A stretch of DNA of 63,898 nucleotides, the filler included, from Psammoneis japonica (taxonomy: Eukaryota): assembly GCA_008632985.1 (NCBI GenBank). It is 3 parts of 3 records of this genome, joined end to end, with 100 filler letters (N's around TTAATTAATTAA, not from the genome) between each part and the next. Parts side by side here need not be neighbours in the genome. Positions count along the whole stretch, not along the records: positions 49,462 to 63,898 come from QPGO01000496.1; 2 more parts are not named here. One strand, written 5' to 3'. The translations under genes and the position numbers were made by a program. Positions 50,962 through 62,699 of the stretch are shown one piece after another. Position 1 is the first letter of the stretch, and each line of letters begins with the position of its first letter. The notes under the pieces are model-generated. The model searched no databases. It was not told where the DNA came from and worked only from the letters and a program-made list of their open reading frames with translations.

Positions 50962-51357
50962 GGCGCGCTCCAGCTCCAGGTGGGACCTTGCACTGCTGAG
51001 CTGTGGCATCGACGGTTTTTTGGATCGCGCCGCGTGTCGCGCACGTGGAGTTGTGCGAGACTTTTGTGAAATTTTGCATCATTTTGTGGCACGCTCATTG
51101 AGCGATCCGTCCAACAACTTTTGACATTTTTTGTTGCAGCGCGATTCTGCGATGTCTTGAGAATCGCGCAGGGCAGGTGCGTTTGCAAAAATGTCAAGTG
51201 GCAAGAGGCACAATTGCACCACAAACTTGGCCGTTTGTTTGATGTTGAAGACAAACACATCCATCGATTGGAGCCAAGTTCTCGTGCTGCGGAGCTCGCA
51301 CGCAGAACTCTGCGGGCCCAATGTCGCGCGGAGTCCCGCCCAGGACTGGAGCCCGTC
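50962..51357 (+). mobile_element. MITE family 1, subfamily B, TSD CCTT
   Basis: TIRs present; empty site at ~52770; copy lacks TpA. Confidence 0.9.
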
Positions 51358-52340
51358 CCTTTGCCATTTTGTGCCTTTTTTGGTTTTGGGCCCGCAGCCG
51401 CATTTGGTGCCCCTCATGATTTTGTGCCTTCAGCAATTTTTGGCCATTGTGGTTTTGTGCCTTTTGCCATTTTGGACCCTTTCTGAATTTTTCCCTTGGC
51501 AGCTTTGTGCCCTCAGCCACCATTTTGTGACCTCAGCAATTTTGTGCCCCTGCCTGGTTTGTGCCCTTTGTGATTTGGCGCCCTCAACAGACATTTTTTG
51601 TCCTTTTTGATTTTGTGCCCTTGGCCATTTTGCTGGTCACGACAGAGCTGCAGAACAACAAGAACCTGCCCGACGAAGAACGTGGGGCAAAGAAGAGAAA
51701 GTGCGTGAGATGCCTGGAGCACTTCACAGCAGGGAACTCCAAGAACGGAGATGCGGAAGGGAGCGCACCCAGGAAACACAAGAGGGAAGATTTTTGCAGG
51801 AAGATTGTGGCAGAGTGTGGCAGGAAAGTGGAGGAAGGGGGCAGCGGGTTGGGGAGCGAGGAAAGCCACGTGGTGGGTTGCGCTGAGACACATGAGCTGG
51901 AGCCAACACCTGTTTGGCAGACAATGTGTGAAAAGTGGCAGTCACATTTGTTGCAAATGACGTTGCAGGCACAATCTAAATTGAGTGACTGCACTCCACG
52001 GTGCCAGCTGAAGAGCAGCTGGAGAAGGGCACAACACAAGCGGCGCTTTGGGAAGCCAGTCAACCGATCTGTTGTCAGCCAGCTGTCGAATGTGTTTGAG
52101 TGGGTGCACCGGAGTTTTTGGCCCGTTTGCTTTCTGCGCGGCCTGGAACAACCCAAATCTGTGTAGATTCAGGCCACCTTGCCCTGCAGAACAGTTTTTG
52201 GGGGTGCTTTCTGGCTCGCGGCTCAAAGTGGCGCGCAAAATGACACGGGCAATGGCGTTTCGCCAAACTGAAAAATGCGATCGTCTCTGAGGTTGGAGCC
52301 TGGATGCTCTCAACGGAACTTGGTGCGTCACATCATCTTC

Positions 52341-52587
52341 CGCATGTTCGCATGTTCGCATGTTCGCATGTTCGCATGTTCGCATTTTCGCATGTTCGCA
52401 TGTTCGCATTTTCGCATTTTCGCATGTTCGCATTTTCGCATTTTCGCATTTTCGCATTTTCGCATTTTCGCATTTTCGCATTTTCGCATTTTCGCATTTT
52501 CGCATTTTCGCATTTTCGCATTTTCGCATTTTCGCATTTTCGCATTTTCGCATTTTCGCATTTTCGCATTTTCGCATTTTCGCATTT
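52341..52587. repeat. Microsatellite (CGCATTTT)n/(CGCATGTT)n, ~30 units
   Basis: Seen directly; only ~8 units at the equivalent site 50701-50770. Confidence 0.95.
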
Positions 52588-52847
52588 GGCGCTGGGGGCA
52601 CCTTTGAGATTTTGTGCCCTCAGCCATGTTGCGCAATTCTTGGTTTTGTGCCCTCGACCTTTTTGTGCCCTTGGCTGCTTTGTGCCCTTTCCTTTTTTTG
52701 TGCCCTTGAGCACTTTGCCGTGTCTCGCGGTTTTGTGCCCTTGGCCATTTTGCGCCCTTTGTGACTTTGTGCCCTTTGCCATTTTGTGCCATTTTTGGTT
52801 TTGGGCCCTCAGCCGCATTTGGTGCCCCTCATGATTTTGTGCCTTCA

Positions 52848-53236
52848 GACGCGTTCCAGCCCCAGGTGGGACTCCGTGTGACATTGGGCCTGTGGAATTC
52901 TACGTGCGAGCTCCGCAGTGCGAGAATTTAATTGATGGACACATTTGTCTTCAACATCAAATAAACTGCCAAGTTTGTGGTGCAATTGTGCCTCTCACCA
53001 CTCGACGTTTTTGCAAATGCACCTGCCCCACGCGATTCTTAAGACATTGTAGAATCGCGCTGCAACAAAAAATGTCAAAAGTTTTTGGACGGATCGCTCA
53101 ACAAGTGTGCCGTAAAATGACACAAAATGTCAAAAAATCACGTAGAATTCTACGTGCGCGACACACGACGAGATTCAAAAAACTGTCGATGTCACAGTTC
53201 AGCAGTGCGAGGTCCCACCCAGACCTGGAACGCGTC
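52848..53236 (-). mobile_element. MITE family 1, subfamily B, TSD TTCA
   Basis: Reverse orientation; TTCA on both flanks. Confidence 0.92.
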
Positions 53237-54401
53237 TTCAGCAATTTTTGGCCACCGTGGTTTTGTGCCTTTTGCCATTTTGGACCCTTTCTGATTTTTT
53301 GCCCTTGGCAGCTTTGTGCCCTCAGCCACCATTTTGCACCCTCAGTCATTTTGTGACCTCAGCAATTTTGTGCCCCTGCCTGGTTTGTGCCCTTTGTGAT
53401 TTGGTGCCCTCAACAGACATTTTTTGTCCTTTTTGATTTTGTGCCCTTGGCCATTTTGCTGGTCACGACAGAGCTGCAGAACAACAAGAACCTGCCCAAC
53501 AAAGAACACGGGGCAAAGAAGAGAAAGTGCGTGAGGTGCCTGAAGCACTTCACGGCAGGGAGCTCCAAGAATGGAGATGCGGAAGGGAGTGCACCCAGGA
53601 AACGCAAGAGGGAGGATTTTTGCAGGAAGATTGTGGCAGAGTGTGACAGGAAAGTGGAGGAGGGGGGCAACGGGTTGGGGGATGAGGAAAGCCACGTGGC
53701 GGGTTGCACTGAGACACATGAGCTGGAGCCAACACCTGTTTGGCAGACAATGTGTGAAAAGTGGCAGTCACGTTTGTTGCAAATGACGTTGCAGGCACAA
53801 TCTAAATTGAACGACTGCACTCCAATGTGCCAGCCGGAGAGCAGCTGGGGAAGGGCACAACACAAGTGGCGCTTTGGGAAGCCAGTCAACCGATCTGTTG
53901 TCAGTCAGTTGTCGAATGTGTTTGAGTGGGTGCACCGGAGTTTTTGGCCCGCTCACTTTCTGCGTGGCCTGGAACAGCCCAAATCTGTGCAGACTCAGCG
54001 CACTTCGCCCTGCAGAACAGTTTTTGGGAGTGTTTTCTGGCTCACGGCTCAAAATGACATGCAAAACAGCACGAACAATGGTGTTTTGCCAAACCAAAAA
54101 ATGTGATCATCTCTGAGGTCGGTGCCTGGATGCTCTCAATGGAGTTCGGCACATTGCATCATCTTCTGCGAGACAAGGTCGAGAACACCCAGGTTCACGC
54201 AGGTGGATCATGGTGAAAATTCTTGCTGAAGGCTCGCATTGACAACGTCGCTTCTGTTGCATCACGACCAACCTTGTGCATTGCCATTCATGCTGTGTGT
54301 TTTGTCGGGGCTTTGCGCGCTTGTGGCCATTTGGCTCACGTGCGATTTCTCTTTCTGCGCTGCTCTTTTGTTCTGCAGGGTCTCCGTTGTCGCGAGGCGT
54401 C

Positions 54402-55276
54402 TGACAGAATTTGAAGAAGAGTTGGATGCTGGCACGTCACTCTCTGGCTGAAACACATCCAGCTGCTGTGTGCAAAAAGCCTCTCGACTTGAGCTGCGCA
54501 GCAAATGGTCCAGCTGGCAACCGGCTGCTTGATGACCTGGGCTCGAATCCTGGGCATCGCATTTTTCAAGTCGTTGGGTTGGATTTGGTCGAGTTGGTCA
54601 ATCTTGATCAAATCCTGTCATGGCGCGATTCTCAGAGTGATGCGCGCATCTCTCTGTCTCAAAAACGGGGCATGCCTGCCTTGGGGGGACAGCATTGTCG
54701 GGAAGCCCCCGCAAAGCCGTTGGGGCAGAATGGGGTGTTGCCGGTGTGCAGAGGGCAGCCGCTCAGCATGCTTTGAACGAGGGGGGCGCGAAAAATTGCC
54801 CAGGGAGTTTGGAATCTGTCAGCGATGCAGTCGACATCGGCGTGCTGTGGGGAGTGCCATGCACTGCAGCAAGAGTCCATGTTTGAGCCCTGTCTTCGAC
54901 TCTGGCATCGAAGATGTGGGTGGGTCCCTTGACAGCAGCGGAGCTTTGTGAGAGGAGTGATTCAACCTGCCCGTCCAAATGATCCTGGGTGACTTAGAAA
55001 CCTTGTGGGGGCGATTCAGGGACAGCCACATCAGACAGATTTGCGACACATGGGGAGTGACAGAATTCGAAGAAGAGTTGAATGCCGGCATGTCACTCTC
55101 TGGCTGAAACACATCCAGTTGCTGTGTGCAAAAAGCCTCTCGACTTGAACTGCATGGTGAATGGTTTGGTTGGCAACCGGTCACTTGATGACCTGGGTTC
55201 AAATCCTGGGTGTCGCATTTTTCAAGTCGTTGGGTCGGATTTGGTCGAGTTGGTCAATCTTGATTAAATCCTGTCA
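54402..55276 (+). mobile_element. TRIM (miniature non-autonomous LTR retrotransposon)
   Basis: Two 219-bp LTRs (54402-54620 and 55058-55276), each TGACAG...CTGTCA. PBS-like TGGCGCG follows LTR1; PPT TGGGGAG precedes LTR2; 5-bp TSD GCGTC/GTGTC. Confidence 0.9.
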
Positions 55277-57189
55277 GTGTCCCAGAGACACTTTTTCTTG
55301 TCAAGAATGTCGCCTCTGAAGTGCGATGGCCACGGCAATTCAATGACAAAGCCAAGTCACAAACACAGCATCAGGAAGAGTTCACAACAAACATGGTGAC
55401 TTGGAGCCATGATGTCTTAAGCTGGGTGAGCTCTCAAGAGCTCAAACACATCATCGCGCAGTTTTGACAACATTTCTCCCCCACTGTCCATGGTGATGCT
55501 GAGTTTGATTTGGCAGACCAGTGCATCATGGTAATTCTAAAGGCAAAAGATTGCTTCTTTTGGCTGCAAGGCAGTTTGCAACCTGGAAACATGTGACTCA
55601 TTTGCACTGTTTGTCAGCCAGCGCAACAACGTCAGAGCGCAAATTGCAGCGATCCTGACCACCCTTCTCACAGGCAATTTTTGCTGCCATCACAGGCACA
55701 AATGTCAAGGCTTCAATCCTTGACAGTTGTGCGGACCGTGATTTTTTGTCACATGGCACAGCGTGCAATTTTTCACCATGGGAACCCACCTTTTCCCATG
55801 GGATCCAACCCTTGACTGTCAGAATGCCGTCCCTTTTTACCTTTTCAATGCAAAATTCAAAATGTTTGGTTTGATGACAAGTCAATGCTGATCATTGCAT
55901 TTCATGGGTTCAAGGAACCTTCCATTGTGAACACTGGTTGTCAAATGAAAGTTTGGATCATGCAACAATGACCATCAAAATGCTTCGTCAAACCCCGCAA
56001 CTGTTTGCATTGAACACTGATGCGTTGCTCACCCGCTCTCCATTCTCACACCAACAAAAGCCTCTGCTGCATTTTCGTGCCGCAGCTTGCTCATCATCTG
56101 CATCTGCGCTCGTTTCGCTTCCCTCATTGCTTTCTTCATCCTCTTCCTTGCTGTCCTTGTCTCCTCTGTTCTTGTCCGTTGCCTCTTCCTCCTTCTCCTT
56201 GTTGTCGCTTGAAAGCTCTGTCATTGTCTGTGTTCTTGCCTCCTTCCCCGCTGGCTTTTTCTTTCTTTTTGATCCCTTTCCTCTTTCGTCACTCTTCCTT
56301 TTCTTGCCTTCGCTGCACCATGTGTCGAGCTGCATGCCCTCCTTGCTCAACCTGTCTTTCTTTGCTTCCGCGAGCAGTTCATTGAATCGCAACGTCCCTG
56401 CATCCTTCCACAAGTCTTGTTGCCTTGACAGGTCCATGTGCTTGGGTGTTGGTTCCGACTCTTCCTCATCCTCTTCGTCTGAGCCCCCCCAGCTCCAACA
56501 GTCTTGTCATGACGGGCCTTGTGCTCCCAACTCTTCCAGCAGTTTTCCAGCATCAACAGCCCCAGAGCCTTGTCGCTTGCTGTGGCCAGACCGGCTGCCT
56601 TCTGCCCCATGCATGCACCAGGCAGTGAAAAAGAAGATGTGTTGCGACTTTGTGTTGTGAAAAATTGTGAGCCAGTTTAGAGCAGAGAAAGTGGGATCGT
56701 GCGAACAGGGAATCTTGCTAAATCCCTGTTTGCTCGCATTTGGATCGCATCAAATCAATCGTGCGTTCGCATCATGGATCGTGTGAATCAAGCCATCATG
56801 CAGTGTGCACAAGTGATGTCATCGTGTGGAATCACGCCACCATTGTGGGCCAGACGATGGGCTGGTGTGCTTCACACGGGTGCTCTCTTGGCATCCTTCT
56901 GGAATTGCCTGAGACCCAGAGCCACGCCCTCCTGTGGTCATGCTTCCCAGGCACGCATTGACAACACTGCGTTGCCATGTGCAAGAGGCTCATGCACGGT
57001 CTCGCCGTGTTGTCCAGCAGCGAGGCACACTGCACACTCCCCCATGATCAGGGCCGTCAAGTGACAGGATGTCTCGCTGGTGACAGGGTGCAATCTGCTG
57101 CAGGTTGTGCGCATCTGTCAGTGCTCCGTTCTGGGTGCGCAACGTGCCGTTGTCACATGCACCGACAACTCTGGCGGGTCCTGCACAGC

Positions 57190-60100
57190 TGTCAGAACTG
57201 CATTTAGAGGATTGTTCCTGTGAAATCTGTTCTCATGGGGGTGTGGGTGGCTCCACATTTGCAAATGGTTGTGGACATGACTGCTTCCATCCATGGAAGT
57301 CGAAGGGCAAGCATCCCGATGCAACTGCATCGTTCATGCACGACACAGGCGTTCCAACGGAAATTGCATTGGACGGTGCTCCTGAGCTGACTGATGGCCG
57401 CACAAAGGAAATTTGTGAGGAGTGCCGGATCAAACAAGGGGTTGCTGTTCCTTGCAGTCCGTGGCAGAACTTGGCCGAAGCCTCCATTCGTGAGCTGAAG
57501 AAGAAAATGTGGATTGCAACAAGGCGCGCGAATGCGCCAAAACGCTGCTGGTCCTGCTGTGCCAAGTGGGGCCATGGCTGTCAGGAGGCTCGCAGCCTCT
57601 GAGCATCCGGAAATGGATGGGAAAGTCCCCAAAGAGGACATCACGGGTTCAACACCAGACGTCTCAGCTCATGCCCTCTTTGACTGGCGCCAGCCGGTGC
57701 ACTTTGTGATGCCTCAGGCAAAATTTCCCTTTGAAAGGAAGTGCATCGGGCGCTGGTCAGGTGTTGCAGAAAACTGAGCAGATGACATGGCATTTGTGAT
57801 CCCACCTGAATCAGGCACACCCATCATTCGGAAGGATGTGTGGGCTCTGCCTGAGGATGACTTGAAGACTGATGCGATTTGGCAAAAGATTGAGCATCTC
57901 AATGCCAGTCTGAAACTCAGGCCAGGGGATGGTCAGGAAGGGAATGACAAGTTCCCAGAACCACCCAAAGACCCATTTGGCAAGGAAGATGCCAATGCAG
58001 AGCCGTTCGAAGAAGATGCAACTCATCCGGAAGCAGATGAGTTCACGCCGGAGGCAATGGATGAGCGTCTGGCAGTGGAACTCAGGCTCTCACGAGCTGG
58101 TGAGCTGCAGCATGCAAAAGTTGTTGCCAGGAAGCGCGGCACGGATGGAAATCCGACAGGGAAGTGGCACAAAAAGCCTGTCCTGGATTCACGGCTTTGT
58201 GAGGCAGAGTTCCCAGACAGATCTGCCGACACGTTCACAGCCAATTTAACTGCTGAGAACATCTGCTCCCAGGTTGATGGGGAGGGACGATCTTGCCAAA
58301 TTGTCAAAGAGATTGCAGGTCACCAAAGTGATGCATGCGCAGTGCACAAAGATGACGGTTTCTTTGTCACAAAGAGTGGCACGTGCAGGCCCCGCCGAAC
58401 GATGATCGGCTGGGACACACAGTTTGAGTGGAAAGATGGAAGCTCTAGTTGGCTCCCTTTGTCAGAGGCAAAAGAATCGTTCCCTGTCCAAGTCGCGGAG
58501 CGTGCTGTTGCAAATGAGATGGCTGGTGAGCCAGCGTTCAACTGGTGGGTTCGAGACATGTTGCATTGTCATGCCAGGATGGTCATGAAAGTCAAGACCA
58601 GGTGCTGGAAGTGCACTCACAAGTTCGGTGTCGAGTTGCCAAAATCCGTGGAGCAGGCTTTGATGCTGGACGAACAGTCTGGGCTTGACCTGTGGGGAAA
58701 TGCAATTGAGAATGAGATGCGCAATGCAATGCCAGCCTTCGAATTTGTCGATGATGACCAGATGGGACACAAGGAAATTAAGTGCCACTTGGTGTTTGAC
58801 ATCAAGTTGGACTTGAACAGGAAAGCGCAACACGTGGCTGGAGGCCACACGACAGCAGCTCTGAATGACTTGGAAGTCATGTGTGCCAACGTTCAGAATG
58901 CTCGTCTGAATGCACCAATGAAAGAGTGCTGTTGCACAATTGCTGGCCTGGAATTTGGCAAGCAGAATGTTGGTCGACCCGTTAAAATTGTCAGGGCCCT
59001 GTGCGGGCTGAAGAGTTCCGGCGCTGCTTTTAGGGAACATGTGGCAGCAATGCCAAGGCTCATGGGATTCACCTGTGGCAAGGGCGATTCCGATGTGTGG
59101 ATGCACAAGAATGCTAAGCTGGGTGGCTTCAAGTGCTGGGAATGCGTGCTTGCACATGCAGATGACCTGCTGGTTGTCTTGCACGAACCCCAGAAGTTCA
59201 TGGATTACACGGCTTTGAGACATGTGCTAAAAGAGGGAAGTGTCAAGGAACCGGAAGAGCACCTGGGTGCCGAAGTGAAGAAGTTCCAACCATCTGACTC
59301 GGATGGCAAAACACGTTGAGCCCTTTCATCTGACTTGTGTGTCAAGCGGGCCACTGCCAACATTGAGTTTGAACTCGGCCGTGCAGGCCGGGGACTCAAA
59401 AAGAGAGTCACAACGCCATTGAGTTTGGGGCATCACCCTGAACTTGACACTGCGCCTGAGCTGGATGCCCGAAGGGTGACTTGTTTCCAGGGACTCATTG
59501 GCATTTTGTGTTGGGTGGTGGAACTGGGGCGCACTGACATTGCAGCGCCAGTCTCTCTTCTGTCTTCTTGCTTGGCAGCGCCAAGGGTTGGGCACCTGGA
59601 TGAGGTGTTTCACATCTTTGCCTGTTTGAAGGCACATGCCAGGTCAGCGATGGTGTTCGATGACACGGAACTGACCTTCAATCAACCACGTTTTCAGGAA
59701 TGTGACTGGTCGGAACACCATCCTGGGGCAGCCGAAGCTGTCCCTCATGATGCCCCTGAGGCCAGAGGGAACAGTGTCGCTGCTGCATGTTTCGTCGACG
59801 TGGATCATGCTGGTTGTCGAGTGATGTGCCGATCCCATTCTAGGATCATTGCATTCATGCAACGGGCCCCAATCTTGTGGTGCTCCAAGCGGCAGAACAC
59901 TGTGGAATCCTCAACTTTTGGGTTGGAATTCGTTGCGATGAAGATTGCCGTGGAGCAGATCGAGGCCTTTTGACACAAGCTTCGCATGATGGGTGCTCCC
60001 ATCGATGGCTCCGCCAACGTCTTCTGCGACAATGAGGCCATGTTTAAGAACTCAATGCGGCCCGAGTCAACACTCAAAAAGAAGCACAGTGCCATTGCTT

Positions 60101-60389
60101 GTCACCGGATGCGTGAGGCGCAGGCTGCTGGCATTGTGCGCATTGCTTGGGAGGATGGCGAGACGAATCTCACTGACGTTCTCACCAAGTTGATGCCCGG
60201 ACCGAGGCTCCGGGAGTCAATTCATCACATTTTTTGTGGTGAGTGTGATTCCAGTGGCGGGCAAAACACCCGAGCCCAATGCAGTTGTGGCACCACTGAT
60301 TGCTTCGTCTTGCAGACGAACCGGGATTTTCCGTTTGCAAAATGGGGATGGTTTTGCCCATCCCGAGACATGGTTTTTTTTCAATTGGC
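57190..60389 (+). mobile_element. Copia (CoDi-type) pol region: integrase, RT, RNase H; degenerate and truncated
   Basis: PCSPWQNLAEASIRELK (integrase); CHLVFDIKLD, ALCGLKSSG, VLAHADDLL (RT); LWCSKRQNTVESSTFG and KKKHSAIACHRMREA (RNase H). Confidence 0.9.
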
Positions 60390-60779
60390 GATGCGTTCCA
60401 GGTCTAGGTGGGACCTCGCACTGCTGAACTGTGACATCGACAGTTTTTTGAATCACGTCGTATGTCGCGCACATAGATTTCTACGTGATTTTTTCGACAT
60501 TTTGTGTCATTTTACGGCACACTTGTTGAGCGATCCGTCCAACAACTTTTGACATTTTTTGTTACAGCGCGATTCTACAATGTCTTAAGAATCGCGCAGG
60601 GCAGGCGCATTTGCAAAAACGTCGAGTGGCAAGAGGCACAATTGTGCCACAAACTTGGCAGTTTGTTTGATGTTGAAGACAAACACATGCACCAATTTAA
60701 TTCTCGCACTACGGAGCTCGCACGTAGAATTCTGCGGGCCCAATGTCACACGGAGTCCCACCTGGGACTGGAACCCATT
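60390..60779 (+). mobile_element. MITE family 1, subfamily B, TSD TGGC
   Basis: TIRs present; TGGC on both flanks. Confidence 0.92.
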
Positions 60780-60949
60780 TGGCCTGGAAAGGGCCAGCAA
60801 CGCAGATGCACAGGGTCGAATTGATCCTGCCGAAGCTGGCGTCCATTCAAGGGGACTGAGTGAGTGCAGTCACACTGTCGCTGAACATGGCATTTGGCAA
60901 AGACCATCACTGTCGCTGACACAGAGGGTGGCACAGAACAGCCTTGCAA

Positions 60950-61520
60950 TTTTCTGGGAACCTGTTGATTGCCGCACCAACATTTTCTGTCGCATCTTGT
61001 CAAATTCCCAGAGACTGCAGCGTGAATTGCTCATTGCAATGGTGCCAGTGCCCCTCACTGCCAGACACCAGGCTTCGCGGATGCTTGACTTGAACATTGG
61101 TCGAGCCATGGCCAACCAGCTGCGCAGTCTGTTGGTCAAACAAGTGAGGTGCTCCTCCACTGAACTGAGCAACTTGGATCAATTGCAAGCTGAACAATTG
61201 TCTGCCTTGGAGTGGATGGCTCATGCTTCTGCCTTGGCGTCACGGTGCTGTGAGGACTTTCTTGTGCCCAAATTGTGCCCATGTGCAGTGTCATCATGGA
61301 GTGTTCCCGCCATTGGGGCCACACAAAACTGCCAGTCGCAGTGGCCCAATCTGAGTGCTTTTCCATGTTCAACAAGGAGCGGCACAATCCAGTTGACAGC
61401 AAGCATGATGGCTGAGCTTTGTTCCACAAAGACGAGAAGCGCCCATTAAAAATCTGTCTCCAACCAATGTTGTCTTGAGCTTGAAACACCGCCACAGCAC
61501 TTTGATGGACATTTGCTGAA
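60950..61520 (-). mobile_element. 3' remnant of a non-LTR retrotransposon (LINE, Ambal-like C-terminus)
   Basis: AQDNIGWRQIFNGRFSSLWNKAQ...WATA..SFVW..W matches the Q-x-x-IGW-x-x-x-x-GR-x-S-x-x-W motif of diatom LINE ORF2 C-termini. Confidence 0.55.
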
Positions 61521-61600
61521 CACAACACCTTGTCGTGAAACCAACACACAAAAAACATTGTCATGTTGACAGACAAGATGTCATGTGCCAAAGATTCAGA

Positions 61601-62060
61601 AACAAACCCCAACCCCAAACCCAACCCCAAACCCAAGCCTGGCCCTTTTTGCATTTTTGCATTTCCACATTTCCGTGTTTTCGTGTTTTTCTGCTTTCCC
61701 GCATTTCTGCATTTCTGCATTCTGCATTTTTTCATTTCCACATTTCCACATTTCTGCATTTTTGCATTTCCGCATTTCTGCGTTTGGGCATTTTCGCATT
61801 TCCTCATTTTTGCATTTCCGCACCTCCGCACCTCTGCACTTCCGCATTTCCACACTTCCACATTTCCGCATTTCCGCATTTCCGCATTTTTGCATTTCCA
61901 CATTTCCGCATTTCCGCATTTCTGCATTTCCGCATTTTTGCATTTTTGCATTTTCGCATTTCCGCATTTTGCGTTTCCGCATTTTTGCATTTTTGCACTT
62001 CTGCGTTCGCGCATTTGCACATTTGTGCATTTGCACTTTTGTGCATTTGCGCATTTCCAT
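61601..62060. repeat. Short (AACCCC/AAACCC)n telomere-like tract followed by a degenerate (TTTCCGCA)n microsatellite
   Basis: AAACCCCAACCCCAAACCCAACCCCAAACCCAA at ~61604-61636; 8-bp periodic tract at 61645-62060. Confidence 0.8.
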
Positions 62061-62699
62061 GCACTGAAGGGGCACAGCCCGCTGGCAAGGGTGCTGGTCA
62101 AACAAGATTTGTGGTGCAAGTGTTTGGGGCTGGGGGCACTGGAGCAAAGCCAACGGGGCAACTGCCACAATTGCCTTGGGAAAGCAGAGCAGGGTTTGTT
62201 GCTTCAAACAACACATGTGTTTGGGCAGAATGGAGTGCAGCGCCGGTGGTGTGGATGGCAACACAAGGGAAGGAGATGAGGAGGCATGCGCCCACAAAAA
62301 TGGAGCTGATGTGGAGCGGACACATCGGCAACAAAAGAGACATCACCTGCAGCTGTGGATTGAAGAACACTCGTGATGAAACCAGGTCAAGCAAAATGGC
62401 TTCTGTGGCACGTCAACAAAAGCGTGCATGGCGCGGGAATGGCATGTTGGGGGAGAGAGGTTGACATGCTCACCCAACATGCTGTGACCCCCAATGTGCA
62501 GAGCCGAGGATGAGCGCATCATGGGGGACAAATGGGCTTCCCCATGGTGCAGAAACTGATTTCACCGATTTGTCCCCTCGCGCGCCGCATCTTGGCTTTT
62601 TTGTAAAATGCAATGACGACAACGTGAGGGCAACTGTGACAACAACTTGAGTCACAAGGGTGACACAACTGCTGTCGCTGCCACCGCCATTTTTCCATT

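Larger units (their letters stand above)
49462..54170. repeat. Tandem macrosatellite, ~1.25-kb unit, ~3 copies, rich in TTTGTGCCC motifs, with a variable (CGCATTTT)n tract
   Basis: Equivalent positions at ~49873, ~51520 and ~53340. Each unit contains the VTTELQNNKNLP...LEQPKSV-encoding segment. Confidence 0.9.

Noticed and set aside
51942..52884. ORFs with MRKCENAK / FAFSHFRI repeats (also at 61.1-63.4 kb)
   Set aside because: Translations of stop-free 8-bp microsatellites.
55300..57050. Identity of degraded ORF fragments (also 27.3-28.4 and 33.9-35.6 kb)
   Set aside because: Probably TE-derived, but I could not recognise diagnostic motifs.
57787..59973. Alternative genetic code explaining Tyr to Cys/His
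   Set aside because: Neighbouring host genes use Tyr normally, and TpA loss also affects non-coding DNA and all codon phases.
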